From Octopus vulgaris (taxonomy: Eukaryota): 64,000 nt of DNA. Shown here piece after piece: positions 38,813 through 52,440 of this stretch. A model generated the notes under the pieces. The model had not been told where the DNA came from. It searched no databases and saw only the letters and a program-made list of their open reading frames with translations. The stretch spans positions 38,936,001 through 39,000,000 of the forward strand of contig OX597821.1 of assembly GCA_951406725.2 (NCBI GenBank), written 5' to 3'. The stretch's first letter is position 1, and the number at the start of each line of letters is the position of its first letter. The position numbers and the translations under genes are program-made.

Positions 38813-39429
38813 TCATTTTACAGCAACTATATTCAACAAATACACATCATCATCATTGTCGTTTAATGTGTTTTCCATGCTGGCATGGGTTGGCCGGTAC
38901 ACATATTTATGAAGATAAACTGTGCAAACACTGTGTACATTTATTAATTTAAACATTAAAAGCCCAAAACTTGCATAAATCTCTTGACACATAATGAAGT
39001 ATTAAGAACAAAGACAATATACATGTTAACTTAAAATACAAACGGGAAATCTACATTTGCGTTAAAAGTTCTAAGTTGAAGCAGTTCCTATTTTCACTTT
39101 AGCTTTAAAAGAATCTGTGAACCAGATGTTGAAACTTCTCTATCGCACTGTTGTCTTTGTAAGATAAAAATGCATTGAATATATTTGAATCACTTTAATA
39201 AATAATTCAATGATTCACTTCAGCTATATTATGAAAGGTATTAAGCAAAAATGATATCCATGTTTGATTCTATTCCTAAGAAAACCTTGTTGAGAATTTA
39301 ATGTTTTTAAGCATGTCTGAAAAGCTTCTTCAGACAGACAATATGTCCATAAGAATATAATAAGCCATGTCATCTTGAAGGAAGATGATATCTTGGAATT
39401 CCATCAATCATTAATGAAAGTCCAGTGAT

Positions 39430-39585
39430 TATTAGGGATGCAATACAATCAGCTAACGAGGCTAGAACTCTTCTCCGGCTGGATCCATACAAACAGCAAT
39501 CAATTACTAAATGATGTTGTCAAGTCAAAGACAACCATTCTATTCAAGATTAGATTTGATAAATACTGGGAAAATATTGAATTTG
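39430..39585 (+). mobile_element. old CR1-clade LINE 3' ORF remnant
   Basis: RLELFSGWIHTNSNQLLNDVVKSKTTILFKIRFDKYW resembles the CR1 C-terminal pattern RxxFFSxRVxxxWNxLPxxVVxxxxxxxFKxxLDxxW. Confidence 0.6.
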
Positions 39586-40539
39586 TAATATGTTTCTCAT
39601 ATATGCAGGGAAAGTGCATTTGCCTATCAGCTACAAAAATATTGACATTCTGATCCCCTTCCAATCAGTTTACCTATTCTGGACAAACAAATTGTATGTG
39701 ATACTTCTAAGCTGTTCATTATATTTTTCCTCAGGACATTCTGAAGAAGTAACATAATTTGGAAGAAATAGTTGCTAGGAACCAGGCCGGCACCCCCCTC
39801 CACCCCCTTCACACATATAGTTGCTTCCTCTCCTGCTTGCTGTTGATATTGCATTATTAAATTTTCATATTTCCCTTTCCTTCTGAAAAGTTAATCATCA
39901 AATTATTTCGATGGTAAACAAATTTGTTAGAATGACTTGTATCTCGTCACTGGTTCACCAGCATTACTTGCTATTGATTAGAGTGTTATGCCCCATCAGA
40001 TTCACCCCAGCAAATTCTTACTGCTGACAAGATGACTAAATTAAGCAGTCGATCCGACAATTTTAAGCCATGGCTACTCTATCTTTATTCTGGTTAAGAT
40101 GTCCTTCAGTTAACGAATCTACATTTTAAAGATTTCTGAGAAATGTTGTTCAGCCTCAGGCTGTTCCTTAATGTCTATACATGGAATCAAAACCATTCCA
40201 GTCTTGACTCATTTACAGGGAACCTAGGAACCTCCTTTTAGAAGACAGTAAGGAGTAATGAGTGGGAGATTTGGCTATTATTTCTAGCAGGTGGAAAGGG
40301 CAGGTAGAGGTATACAGGTGGTGTGTTGTTACAGTACGGAGAGTCAAATGGTAATTTTAAATGGAACTATTGTCAGCCAAGCAAACTGAGGGTTACAAAA
40401 TTAAAACATTTTCGGTCAAAGTTCCACATTTTTACTCCTCTACCATACAGGTACAAATCATGTTATTGCACCATTGAATTATTTTATAAAAAAGATACAT
40501 AATGCTGTAAATTTTTGATTTGTTTTGTTTCTATTATTT

Positions 40540-40690
40540 GCACAAGGCCTGAAATTTGAGGGGAGAAATTAGTTGCTACCATCAACCCCAATATTTGAGT
40601 GGAGCTTTATTTCATCATCCCCAGAGGAATGAAAGGCAAAGTTAATCTTGGCAGGACTTGAGCTCAGAATGTAAAGAATTGGGAGAAATA
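40540..40690 (-). mobile_element. SINE family B (decayed)
   Basis: gcacaaggcctgaaatttgagggg...gaatgaaaggcaaagtt...ctcagaatgtaaag. Confidence 0.7.
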
Positions 40691-40739
40691 CCAGAAGGCT
40701 GTCAATTCCATGCCTTCCAATAAACTAATATCACCACAC

Positions 40740-41150
40740 ACAGGCATGGCTGTGTGCTTAAGAAGTTTGGCTCCCAACGACATGGCTCCAGGTTCAATCC
40801 CACAGTGTGGCATATTGGATAAGTGTCTTCTACTATAACCTTGGGCCAACAAAAGCCTTGTGGGAGGATTTGGTAGACAAACTGAAAGAAGTTTGATGTG
40901 TGTGTTTGTGTGAGTGTTTCCCCCCCCCCCCCCTTGGCTTGAAATCACATGATTGTTGTAAATGAATGTCATTCAGTTCCAGCATTTTGTGAAAAATGTC
41001 TGGCTAAGAGGATATATTACATTGCTTGCAAACAGATAAGAGTTGGTGACATGAAGAACACCCAGCAAATAGAAAACCAGCTTCTATAAACTCTGTTCAG
41101 CATGCAAACATGGGAAAGTGAGCATGAAAGCAATTATGATGATAATGACA
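40740..41150 (+). mobile_element. SINE family A head, microsatellite and RTE-like tail type 2
   Basis: caggcatggctgtgtg...ggttcaatcccac...aaactgaaagaag-(TG)...catgcaaacatgggaaagtg...tgatgataatga. Confidence 0.8.
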
Positions 41151-41979
41151 CTGTGTGAGCAATAAAATAGTATAAATAGTAGAGGCCAGCTCTAAATGGC
41201 ACCATGCTATTGAGTTTTGTTTCTATGTTCTCAGTTCGAATCTTAGAAAAGGTTTTTACCTTGCTTTATTTAGGAATGAATGAAATAATTACCTGTAATA
41301 CACTATGGATCATTTTATTTGACTTCACCACTTGCTTGCAATAGCAGGTATTTTAATCTAGTTAGGAAAATCAATATTGTTATTCACAATGAATTTGTGT
41401 GGAGCAATTGTAGTATGTAGAGAATGTTTATGCTTGTAATAAAACTAGAGATAACTGAACCATTCACCAGGTAAGCTTTCAACAGTAATTATCTGGAAAT
41501 TATAACAAAGGTTATTTCACCAATTAATCTAAGCACTTGAACTCCTTCTGATTGCATTGGTAGTAAGTACAACGATGAAATTATCTAACGACAAACAAAA
41601 TAATAATGATGGAAAACAAGAAGGAAATTGTTCAACAGATTCCTGATGAGTAAAGAGTTAAAAAAAAAAAAGATATCGTAAATATTTCCAGCAAATATCT
41701 GATGAAATGAGATAAACATCGCTGCAAGAGAGAAGTCGGAACCATTCCCAACACATTCTATGTAAGACTTGAAATTCAACTTAACCCTATCGTTGTCATT
41801 AATTGCTTGTCATATCAGCAGGCATCTTAAAATATCCATAAACCTTTAATGGATTTAATATACAAGGAAATCTGCTCTGAATAGAAAAAGACAAATTTTC
41901 TATGAAATATAATAAACTGAATAATAAAAACTATAGCAACAAAGAAATAACAAAATATATATACAATGTATTTATAGTA

Positions 41980-42045
41980 CACACACACACACACACACAC
42001 ACATGATGCTCAGAAATATATAAATACACATTTATATACATATAC

Positions 42046-42102
<57 letters not shown>

Positions 42103-42165
42103 AAACATGCATATGCACAGCTATACACTTAATATAAATATGTATTTATATATATATATGTGTAC

Positions 42166-42205
<40 letters not shown>

Positions 42206-42570
42206 ATATATATATATATATATTTTGAATGTGGTAAGATAGGCATGTTAAAATGTGTCTGAGCAGATCTAGTGAGTCATGAGTCTGTGTAGAGAATACT
42301 ATGGATGTACAAATATATTGCATATAATGTTTACGTGTATATATATTTATAGATGTGTATGCACGTATATGTGTGTGTATATGTATATATGTATGTGTAT
42401 ATGTTTATAGGCATATATGTTTTACATTCACGTACAAAATCACACACACATGCGTATGCATACTCACGTATGTATGTGTGTATGCATATATGTGCATATG
42501 TATGTGTGAGTGTGCATATATGTGCGTATGTATGTATGTGTGAGTGTGTGTGTGTGTGTATGTGTGTGTA
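41980..42570. repeat. compound (CA)/(TA)/(TG) microsatellite region
   Basis: Directly visible. Confidence 0.9.
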
Positions 42571-42658
42571 TCATTTGATCAAATTTTGTAAGGTTGAAAT
42601 TAACAAATATAATATGGAAAATATTAATACAATAAAATAAAAAACTGAAGTAAACAAG

Positions 42659-42695
<37 letters not shown>

Positions 42696-42959
42696 TATGA
42701 AAAAAAAACCCAAACAAGCCATTCTGAAAGAAATTCTACCAATCAAAAGGTATATTGAAATGCCCAAGGCCTTTGATACAGCTTTAATATATCCACTTCG
42801 ATTCTCAGTTAATATTGATTCTAAATGCTATTTATTTGATATAACCCGAGTTTAGCTTTTCAAATTTAGGTGTCCCTTTTGTGATCATTTTATATTTTCA
42901 TAACAGCTACTTCAACAGTGCCCCAGCATCAACAAAAACTTGCATATTACCCAATGTAG

Positions 42960-42994
<35 letters not shown>

Positions 42995-43290
42995 TGTACA
43001 CATGTGTGCATGTTTGTGTACACATGTGTGTGTGTGTGTGATGTGTAGGTGTATACATGTGCTTGTTTCCTGAATCATTATGAATGTGTGTTTATGTATA
43101 GTGATTTACAAAAGCAAAATGAACACTCAAGCAAACATGCACATATATGTATTGATACACACTTGATAAACGCACACACCCATGCACACATGCATATATA
43201 TACATACATATATACACATGTATGTATATGTATATATACATATGTGTGTGTGTATATATATATTACATATATATATATACATATACATAT

Positions 43291-43492
43291 ACTCTTTTAC
43301 TTGTTTCAGTCATTTGACTGCGGCCATGCTGGAGCACGGTCTTTAGTCGAGCAAATCGACCCCGGGACTTATTCTTTGTAAGCCCAGTACTTATTCTGTC
43401 GGTCTCTTTTGCCGAACCGCTAAGTGACAGGGACATAAACACACCAGTATCGGTTGTCAAGCAATGCTAGGGGGACAAACACAGACACACAA

Positions 43493-43527
<35 letters not shown>

Positions 43528-43699
43528 CATATATACGACAGGCTTCTTTCAGTTTCCGTCTACCAAATCCACTCACTAGGCATTGGTCGGCCCGGGGCTA
43601 TAATAGAAGACACTTACCCAAGATGCCACGCAGTGAGATTGAACCTGGAACCATGTGGTTGGTTAGCTAGCTACTTACCACACAGCCACTCCTGTGCCT
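43291..43699 (-). mobile_element. SINE family A, young full-length copy with tail type 1
   Basis: Reverse complement: aggcacaggagtggctgtgtggtaag (A box), ggttcaatctc (B box), cttgggtaagtgtcttct core, internal (TA)/(TG), tail gcagtcaaatgactgaaacaagtaaaagagt. Confidence 0.9.
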
Positions 43700-43754
43700 A
43701 TATATATATATATATAAACATATACATGTTTATATATATACATATACATGTGTG

Positions 43755-44160
43755 TGCAAACCTACTACTGGTAAGCCATTCCACGGCCTGCAGCCGTTCG
43801 TACAACACGTCTCCTCTACCGAAAAGGTAACCACTTCCCACGCTGCTGATCAATTGTTTTGTCTCATTTTGTCTCAAAGTCGTATGACGCCCCCGTATCA
43901 TTCCTGTTTTTATTCGTTACTGTGAATCTTATCTTCGTCTCTTGTTTTCCTGTTCGTCTCAACTGTCACATTCTTTCCTTCTACCAAGCAAATCTAATGC
44001 CCATAGCTTAGCTTTTGCCTTGGGGCTGGCCTTTTCGGAGCAAATCTCAGAATTAAACAGCCGAAATTTGCCATGATGAATCGGTTTCTGACTGAAGAAT
44101 GAAGGCTCTGAATTACTGTCCGTTTTTCCGTGTTTGTCAATTCGTGAATTTCACGTCCTT
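43755..44160 (+). mobile_element. unclassified CpG-rich ~400-bp insertion between TA microsatellites (possibly Penelope-like)
   Basis: Sharp compositional boundaries, many CpGs, T-rich 3' end running into TATATA like 8980-9121 and 49057-49260. Confidence 0.45.
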
Positions 44161-44175
44161 TATATATAAGTTTTA

Positions 44176-45556
<1,381 letters not shown>

Positions 45557-45986
45557 ACCTATCTTCATATACATACATCTATATGTATACACACTTAATG
45601 TTGACAGTGACTTCAAAGTCAGATTGTCAAAGGAAACTGAACCAAAACTTCGAAGTCACTTTCAACTCTGCCTTGTAAAATAGGATAATGTGATATTCTA
45701 GTTAATTGTATTGAATGATCCTTGCATTAATGTTTGACTGTTCCATATATAGTGTATGTGTGCACATAGCAGAGACAAGATAAAAGATATGAATCTATTA
45801 CAATAAAATCCGAGGTGTCAGTATGGAATTATGTTATGTATAAACTACCATCATGAATGCATATATAGATGTAGGTAAGATGAGAGACTATGAGAAAGAG
45901 AAGTATTTGTGTAAATGAAGAGGTGTATGTATAGATGTATCTAAGTGAATTAATGGAGAGATGTGGGTATCTGTAGTGCACAATCT

Positions 45987-46220
45987 GCCATCATCATCAT
46001 TTGATGTCTGTTTTCCATGCTGGCATGGGTCGGATGGCTTGGCTGGAGGTGGAAAGCTGGTGGGCTGCACCAGGACCCAAATTATCTGTTATGGCATTGG
46101 TTTCTACTGCTGGATGCTCTTCTTAATTCCAACCATTTTATAGAGTGGACTGGGTGTGTTTTACCTGGTGCTGGCATGGGTGCTTTTTCATGTGACTCTA
46201 GCATGGGCACTTTAACATGG
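45987..46220 (-). mobile_element. RTE 3' UTR fragment
   Basis: catcatcatcatttgatgtctgttttccatgctggcatggg...gtttctactgctggatgc, the reverse complement of the 29030-29180 tail. Confidence 0.75.
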
Positions 46221-46367
46221 CATCAACACCCATGGGATTACCAAAGGGAACTTGGCTACCCCAGTTGTGGAGGAAGTGGAGGGGGTTTATAGCCATAAAG
46301 CACATGCCGACATGTCTTGATCACCATTTATATGCATAAACATATGTTTGTGTGTGTGTGTAAATGT

Positions 46368-47323
46368 TGTCATCATAATTTAATGTCCATTTTCCATGCT
46401 GGCATGGGTTGGATTGTTTGACTAGAGACTGGCAAGCGAGAAGGCTGCACCAGGCTCTAGTCTGATCTGCCAATGTTTCTACAACTGGATGCCCTTCCTA
46501 ACACCAACCACTCCGAGAGTGTAGTGGGCGCTTTTTATGTGCCATCAGCATAGAAACCAGTCAGGTGGCTCTGGCAGTGACCCACGCATGAATGAATGGC
46601 ACTTTTTGCATTCCACCAGCACAGGTAATGGCCACAACTGCAATTTCCATTTGATTTACTTGAATCAATAGGCCTCCTCAAGTATGGAATGCTGCCCGAT
46701 GATTCAAAGCAACTTTTTTAATGGGCTGGTTATGCGACACTGGTGTAGGCTATGGTTGTGATCTCACTTTACTTGCCGGGTCTTCTCAATCATAGCATAT
46801 GTCCAGAGGTCTCTGTCTTTCATCATTGCCTCTGTGAAGCCCAACGTTCGAAGGTCATGCTTCAACACCTCATCCCACATCAACTTAGGTCTCCCTCTTC
46901 CACGGGTTCCTTCCACTGTTAGGGAGTGACACTTCTTCACACAAGTCTTCATCCATACGTAACACATGACCATACCAATGCAGACGTCTCTCTTGCACAC
47001 CACATCTGATGCTTCTTATGTACAACATTTCTCTCAGGGCGCTTACACTGATGTGTATGCACACTGACATTATACATCCAGCAGATCATACTAGCTTTGT
47101 TTCTTTCGAGCCTATGCATGTCTTCAGCAGTCACAGCCCATGTTTCACTGCTGTGCAGCGTGGCAGTTTGCACACATGCATCATACAATCTACCTTTCAC
47201 TCTGAGCAAGAGGCCCTTTGTCACCAGTAGAGGTAGGAGCTTTCTGAACTTTGCCCAGGTTATTCTTATTCTAGTGGCAATACTTTCTGAGCATCCACCT
47301 CATCCCTTACAGACTTGGTCACC
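46368..47323 (-). mobile_element. RTE-clade LINE 3' portion with 3' UTR
   Basis: KGRLYDACVQTATLHSSETW, ERRLHWYGHVLRM, VEGTRGRGRPK; (CAT)n-like tail at ~46370. Confidence 0.93.
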
Positions 47324-47416
47324 CCCTGTCTCTTCCTGGCATCTGATAAATGTGTGTGTGTGTTTGTGTATTTGTACTGGGCATTTCATTATATGATCAT
47401 TAAAAAGATGATGATA

Positions 47417-47456
<40 letters not shown>

Positions 47457-47779
47457 TAGACACATGTTGAACTGTTTCAAACAAATGAGAGAGGAGTACT
47501 CAATACGTGTTATAGAGGAAACAGTTTATTGAAACTGAGATTTTTCCTGTAATGCAAATTTCTCACATCTCTGATATTGCCTGAAGATCACATTGATGTG
47601 AAATTTAAGTCATGTAATAAAATTCAGATACATAGGATATCTCAAAAAGTGAATGCCCGTATTGAATAATTATAAAGGCAGTGCTTATAAAAATAAATTT
47701 CATTTTCAAAATTTAATATAATCTAGAAACAGAATTAAATTTTTTGTGACTACTTGTTTTCAAGCTGATGATCGTTCTG

Positions 47780-48744
47780 GTTGAGTTATTGCAATAAGCA
47801 GTGGAATTGCAACCATCAGGAAACATTTCATGCAGAATAAGGACACATTCCTGTTCAATGGCTGCCTTTAATTCATTGACTATTGCTAGTTTTGAACCAT
47901 AAAATCTACATTTTATTTATCCTCACAAAAAATTCTTGTGATGTATATGTTCTATGGAATATTGATGGTATTCTATAGAATATTTCTGTCCTGTCCATCT
48001 GTTTGGCAATATTTCATCAGGATAGAACCTGTACATTATTATGAGTGCTGGTGAGTTCCATTTGCTGCAAATGAAACTCCACATCTTGAGACACCACTTA
48101 AATGCTTGCCATGACAGATTGTCACAAAATGTTCAAGGTGAAGAAACCGTCAATAAAGAATGGTCCATTTAATCCTTTTGATTATAAGCCACCCAATACT
48201 GCAGCTCCTGGTAAATTAACATGATATTCCTTCATAATATGCAGATTCTTATGTTCCCAGTAGGTGCATCTGTGGTGCTTAATTGAGTCATTTAATTTAA
48301 ATGTAGCCTCATCACTTCACACATTCTTTGTTGGGAAATATGCACCATGCCAAGTGCTACTCTCAAAACTCCACTCTTAAGTCCAAATCCCATTCACTGA
48401 GGGCAATGTAACTTTCTAATGTAGCAAAATGAGATGGATGCTTGATTTTAGAATTCCTCTCTCACAACTTGCTTGTTGCATAGCATTTCTTGTACTCTGG
48501 CAAGATGTTGTTAGTGCTATTTCTTGGTTTGTGGTGCTTGTCAATCTCTGCTGTCTTTCAGAACACTTCTCATGGACATTCTGAAGAGTTCCATCAACTT
48601 CAAATTTACCTCTAATTCGAATAATGGTAAGTCATGTATATGAATCTGTTTGAAACTCCTTCCTGAACCGTCTTTGCACTTTGTGTTTTCAAACTTCCAG
48701 AAACCCTTCAGGAATAATTTCCTTTGTTCAAGGCTTAGTTTCAT
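47780..48744 (-). pseudogene. heavily decayed Tc1/mariner-superfamily transposase (rosa/maT-like)
   Basis: Minus-strand pieces MKLSLEQRKLFLKGFWKFEN / VQRRFRKEF / [15 protein letters not shown] / GLNGPFFIDG / LPNRWTG across several frameshifts; TIRs not identified. Confidence 0.7.
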
Positions 48745-48884
48745 TATTTCCTTTCATTATTTCTAATGGGTTAAATCTGAAAAGAAATGGAAGTTGAGTT
48801 GTCAACTATTAAAGCTTGAATCCATATTTGGAGCAGCTTTGTGCTTGGAATAAATATACCCAGTTTAATAAACATATATACATA

Positions 48885-49045
48885 GTTGCAGGCATGGTTG
48901 TTGAGGTTACTAAGTTTGCTTCCCCACTACAAGGCTTCAGGTTCAATCCTGCTGCATGGTGCCTTGAGTGTCTTCTCTGTAGCTTTGGATTAATAAAGGC
49001 TATGTGAGTTGATTTGGTAGAGGGGAAACTGAAAGAAGCCTGTTG
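48885..49045 (+). mobile_element. SINE family A head
   Basis: gcaggcatggttgttgaggttactaagtttgcttccc...ggttcaatcct...gatttggtagaggggaaactgaaagaagcc. Confidence 0.75.
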
Positions 49046-49056
49046 TATACATATAA

Positions 49057-49260
49057 GTGTGTGTGACCGCGTGTGTACCGTTGACGATTTTTTTTCCTCC
49101 GTCTTCCCTTCTTTGGATCTTTTCTTTTCCTATGTTTCTGACGAAGAGCTCCACTCGAAACGTTAAACCCTCCTTTCCTGAGCATCCAATAATACTATAC
49201 TTGTTCCACGTCCTCGCGTTGTTGTGTTTTCAATTTGTGTTTTCATGTTTGGATTAACTA
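49057..49260 (+). mobile_element. short hammerhead-bearing element (Penelope/retrozyme-like) ending at (TA)n
   Basis: CpG-rich, pyrimidine-rich ~200 bp containing the hammerhead at 49134 and ending ttaacta-(TA)n. Confidence 0.6.
49134..49168 (+). ncRNA. minimal type I hammerhead ribozyme (predicted)
   Basis: GUUU-CUGACGA-A-GAG-cucca-CUC-GAAA-C-GUU-AAAC: 4-bp stem I, 3-bp stem II, palindromic ACGU helix III, GUU triplet. Confidence 0.65.
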
Positions 49261-49284
49261 TATATATATGTATATATATATATG

Positions 49285-49975
49285 TAAATTAGTAATGCAA
49301 TACTAGAGTATTGCTTTCCAGTAAAGAATAGCCCGTGAGGGAAAAATATACAAAGAAGTAAATATATGGCACAACGAAGTACCGATATTTACTGGAAATA
49401 GCGAACGTAATAATTTTTTTCAAGTTTGTTGCACTCACGCATTTTTGCTAGTACATACGCGGTGAAGCTATACATTAGCGTCATATTATTACGTTCGCTA
49501 TTTCCAGTAAATATCGGTACTTCGTTGTGCCATATATTTACTTCTTTGTATATTTTTCCCTCACGGGCTATTCTTTACTGGAAAGCAATACTCTAGTATT
49601 GCATTACTAATTTATTGAAACTTCTTCACCGTTCTCGTTCTGTTAGCGTTTCGGCATTTCAGTCGAGTGTATTGGCATTAATGTGGTAACATCTGAAATG
49701 TTGTCGTGGTATATGTTTGGCTGATGAAGATAGACCAAGTATATGTGGGCAGGCATATCTTGAAAAATCTGAAACCGGCGCCGGTCCCACATTATCCTTT
49801 TCTAGGTATTTCATCTTTCAGATGTTCTCCCTGGAGGTAAGACAATTTTTTTCAAGTTTGTTGCACTCACGCATTTTTGCTAGTACATACGCGGTGAAGC
49901 TATACATTAGCGTCGTATTATTACGTTCGCTATTTCCAGTAAATATCGGTACTTCGTTGTGCCATATATTTCCTT
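49285..49975 (+). mobile_element. retrozyme/Penelope-like non-autonomous element: 432-bp unit, terminal direct repeat, inverted 5' segment
   Basis: Direct repeat 49412-49539 = 49844-49971 (128 bp, 1 mismatch); inverted repeat 49285-49414 / 49485-49614 (130 bp, no mismatch seen); hammerhead inside; TA-rich microsatellite on both flanks. Confidence 0.75.
49713..49792 (+). ncRNA. type I hammerhead ribozyme (predicted), cleavage after GUC at 49786
   Basis: UGG-CUGAUGA-AGAU-[loop]-AUCU-GAAA-CCGGCGCCGG-UC-CCA: intact core, stem II AGAU/AUCU, helix III from the 12-nt palindrome ACCGGCGCCGGU, short stem I UGG/CCA. Confidence 0.75.
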
Positions 49976-49979
49976 TTTT

Positions 49980-49990
49980 ATATATATATG

Positions 49991-50023
<33 letters not shown>

Positions 50024-50116
50024 GTGTATATATGTATATGTATATATATATGTATATATATATATGTATATATATATATGTATGTATGTATATATATGTA
50101 TATATATATATGTATG

Positions 50117-50162
<46 letters not shown>

Positions 50163-50278
50163 TGTGTATATATGTGTATATATATATATGTATATATATG
50201 TGTATATATGTGTATATATATATATATATGTGTATATATGTGTATATATATATATGTATATATATGTGTATATATGTG

Positions 50279-50309
<31 letters not shown>

Positions 50310-50404
50310 GTGTATATGTGTATATATATGTGTATATATATATATATATGTATATATATGTATATATGTGTATATATATATATATGTATATATATGTGTA
50401 TATA

Positions 50405-50453
<49 letters not shown>

Positions 50454-50580
50454 GTATATGTGTATATATATATGTATATATATGTATATATGTGTATATA
50501 TATATGTATATATATGTATGTATATGTATATATGTGTATATATATATGTATATATGTGTATATATATATGTATATGTATG

Positions 50581-50611
<31 letters not shown>

Positions 50612-50635
50612 GTATATGTGTGTGTGTGTGTGTTT
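49980..50635. repeat. compound (TA)n/(TATG)n/(TG)n microsatellite
   Basis: Directly visible. Confidence 0.95.
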
Positions 50636-50875
50636 GTGTGTTCTTATCTTGTCATCACATAGCAGTTGAAGCAAGTCACCAGCACAAAAGTGGTGTTGTT
50701 CATTTCCAGTCTTCTGTGAAAACATTCAGTCTCTGGAAAACATTTCCTTTCTTCGAAACTGGTAAGGCTTGGTGACCGGAAGTGAATCCAGTCTTAAAGA
50801 ATTCCATCTGATCCACACAAACATGGAAAAATAGATGGTAAAATAGTGATGATGATGATAACAATGATGATGATA
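50636..50875 (+). mobile_element. SINE tail type 2 (RTE-like 3' end)
   Basis: cttgtcatcacatagcagttg...catttccagtcttctgtgaaaac...atccacacaaacatggaaaaatagatggtaaaatagtgatgatgat. Confidence 0.65.
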
Positions 50876-50932
50876 CAAACACATATGCAGCCTCAACTCC
50901 CTCCATAGACACCCATAAACATACTCTCTTTC

Positions 50933-51000
<68 letters not shown>

Positions 51001-52097
51001 GGAGAATCATTTCTAAATTAAAGTTCAAGTAGACCTAAATTCCAAAGTGGAGTCCACATGGCTTAAAAACAACAGCAGAGCAAAGTTGTTTTTGTTTTTT
51101 TTCCCTTTTTAGTCCTTTTAGAGATTTCATGTTTTTAGCAGAGAACCTTCATTGCTGTTAATTCAATGATTGTGCTTTGAAACAAGAGAATTTGAATCTA
51201 TAAAATGCAGCAGAAACATTTTGGAATATTTGAAGTGTAATTCATAGAATTGAGTATTTCGTTTCAAAGGATCTATCTATGAATCAGGGAGAGTGGAGAC
51301 TCTTTGCTAAAGCATCCAATTCATTGTGTGTGTATGTTTATTTTTAATCAGCAGAAGTCACAAAGTGTCTCAAGGACAGTTTCGTATATGGCACTTATCA
51401 AAGGTTTGATAATCTATCACTGCAAGTCTGGTTAGTGCCATCTATGAAATATTTGGACCTTGACTTATTCTGTAACTTCTGCTGATTAAAAATATAAAAA
51501 AAAGGACATGTACTCATATACACAACACTGAGAGGTACAGAGTTCATTTCTCTATAGCAGTCTAAAGACCACCTTACCTTTTCTGTCTATAAAGGTAGTT
51601 TTACCCAGTTTTCTAAAACTGTTTTCACAGCTATCCTCCTCCATTTTAGATTTTAAAAATTTCTAAAAAAGATGTGTATAAATTGTATGTATTTACGTTT
51701 TGTTTTGTTGTGGATGTTGAACACTGTTAATGACTGATAAGTCTATGAACATGATAAGTCTAGGAAAATGTTAAGCACACTACATCTGTGCTACAGCATG
51801 GGCTCTACTGAAATATAGTTCTAAATGACTTAAAATAAGTTATGTTCCCAACATATGTAGTGCACTCTTATGTAGAATAAATGAGTATAATTTTAATTTT
51901 ATTAACTTTATTCTTTTGTTTGTTGCTGGGTTTTGACCTGACACCCCTGACAGAGTTGGTCATAAAAATTCCTTCCAAGGCAAGAAAATAAGATCTACCA
52001 ACTCACTGCAGTCTTTGTATTGTATTGATGAGCTTTCATTTGAAACCAGAGATCTTAAAAGTCTAAGATTAAATGTCTAATATTGTGTGTATCTGTT

Positions 52098-52440
52098 GGG
52101 CAGTGAGCAGGCAGAATCTTTAATATGCCGGGCAAAATGCTGCTAAGCATTTTTTCTGTCTTTGAGTTCAGTGTTCAAATTCTGCTATGGTCGACTTTTG
52201 TACTAGGGTCAATGTAATCGGCTTAGCCACTGCCCTTAAAGTGCAGGCCTTGTGCCAAAATTTGCAATCAGCATTTCTCTTGGCTCTTTACATTCTGAGT
52301 TCAAATCCTATCAAGATCAAATTTGCCTTTCATTCTTCAGGGATTTTGATAAAATAAAGAACCAGACAACTTTGGGCATCAATGTAATTGACAAGTCCCT
52401 TCCCTTCTCAATACATGACCTAAATTTGAAAGAATTATTA
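52098..52440 (+). mobile_element. two tandem decayed SINE family B copies
   Basis: ggcagtgagcaggcagaatc...gttcaaattctgc and ctgagttcaaatcc...ttgcctttcattcttc; ends in a (TTA)n-like tail. Confidence 0.7.

Noticed and set aside
41640-41720. CTGATGA motifs (also at ~35938 and ~62687)
   Set aside because: No stem II-GAAA-helix III arrangement downstream, so not hammerheads
43630-43699. tRNA gene suggested by A and B boxes (also at other SINE heads)
   Set aside because: No cloverleaf evident; continues into a multi-copy SINE body
49717-50775. 352-aa ORF and overlapping ORFs
   Set aside because: A short stretch of the hammerhead element read into microsatellite; no domain signature
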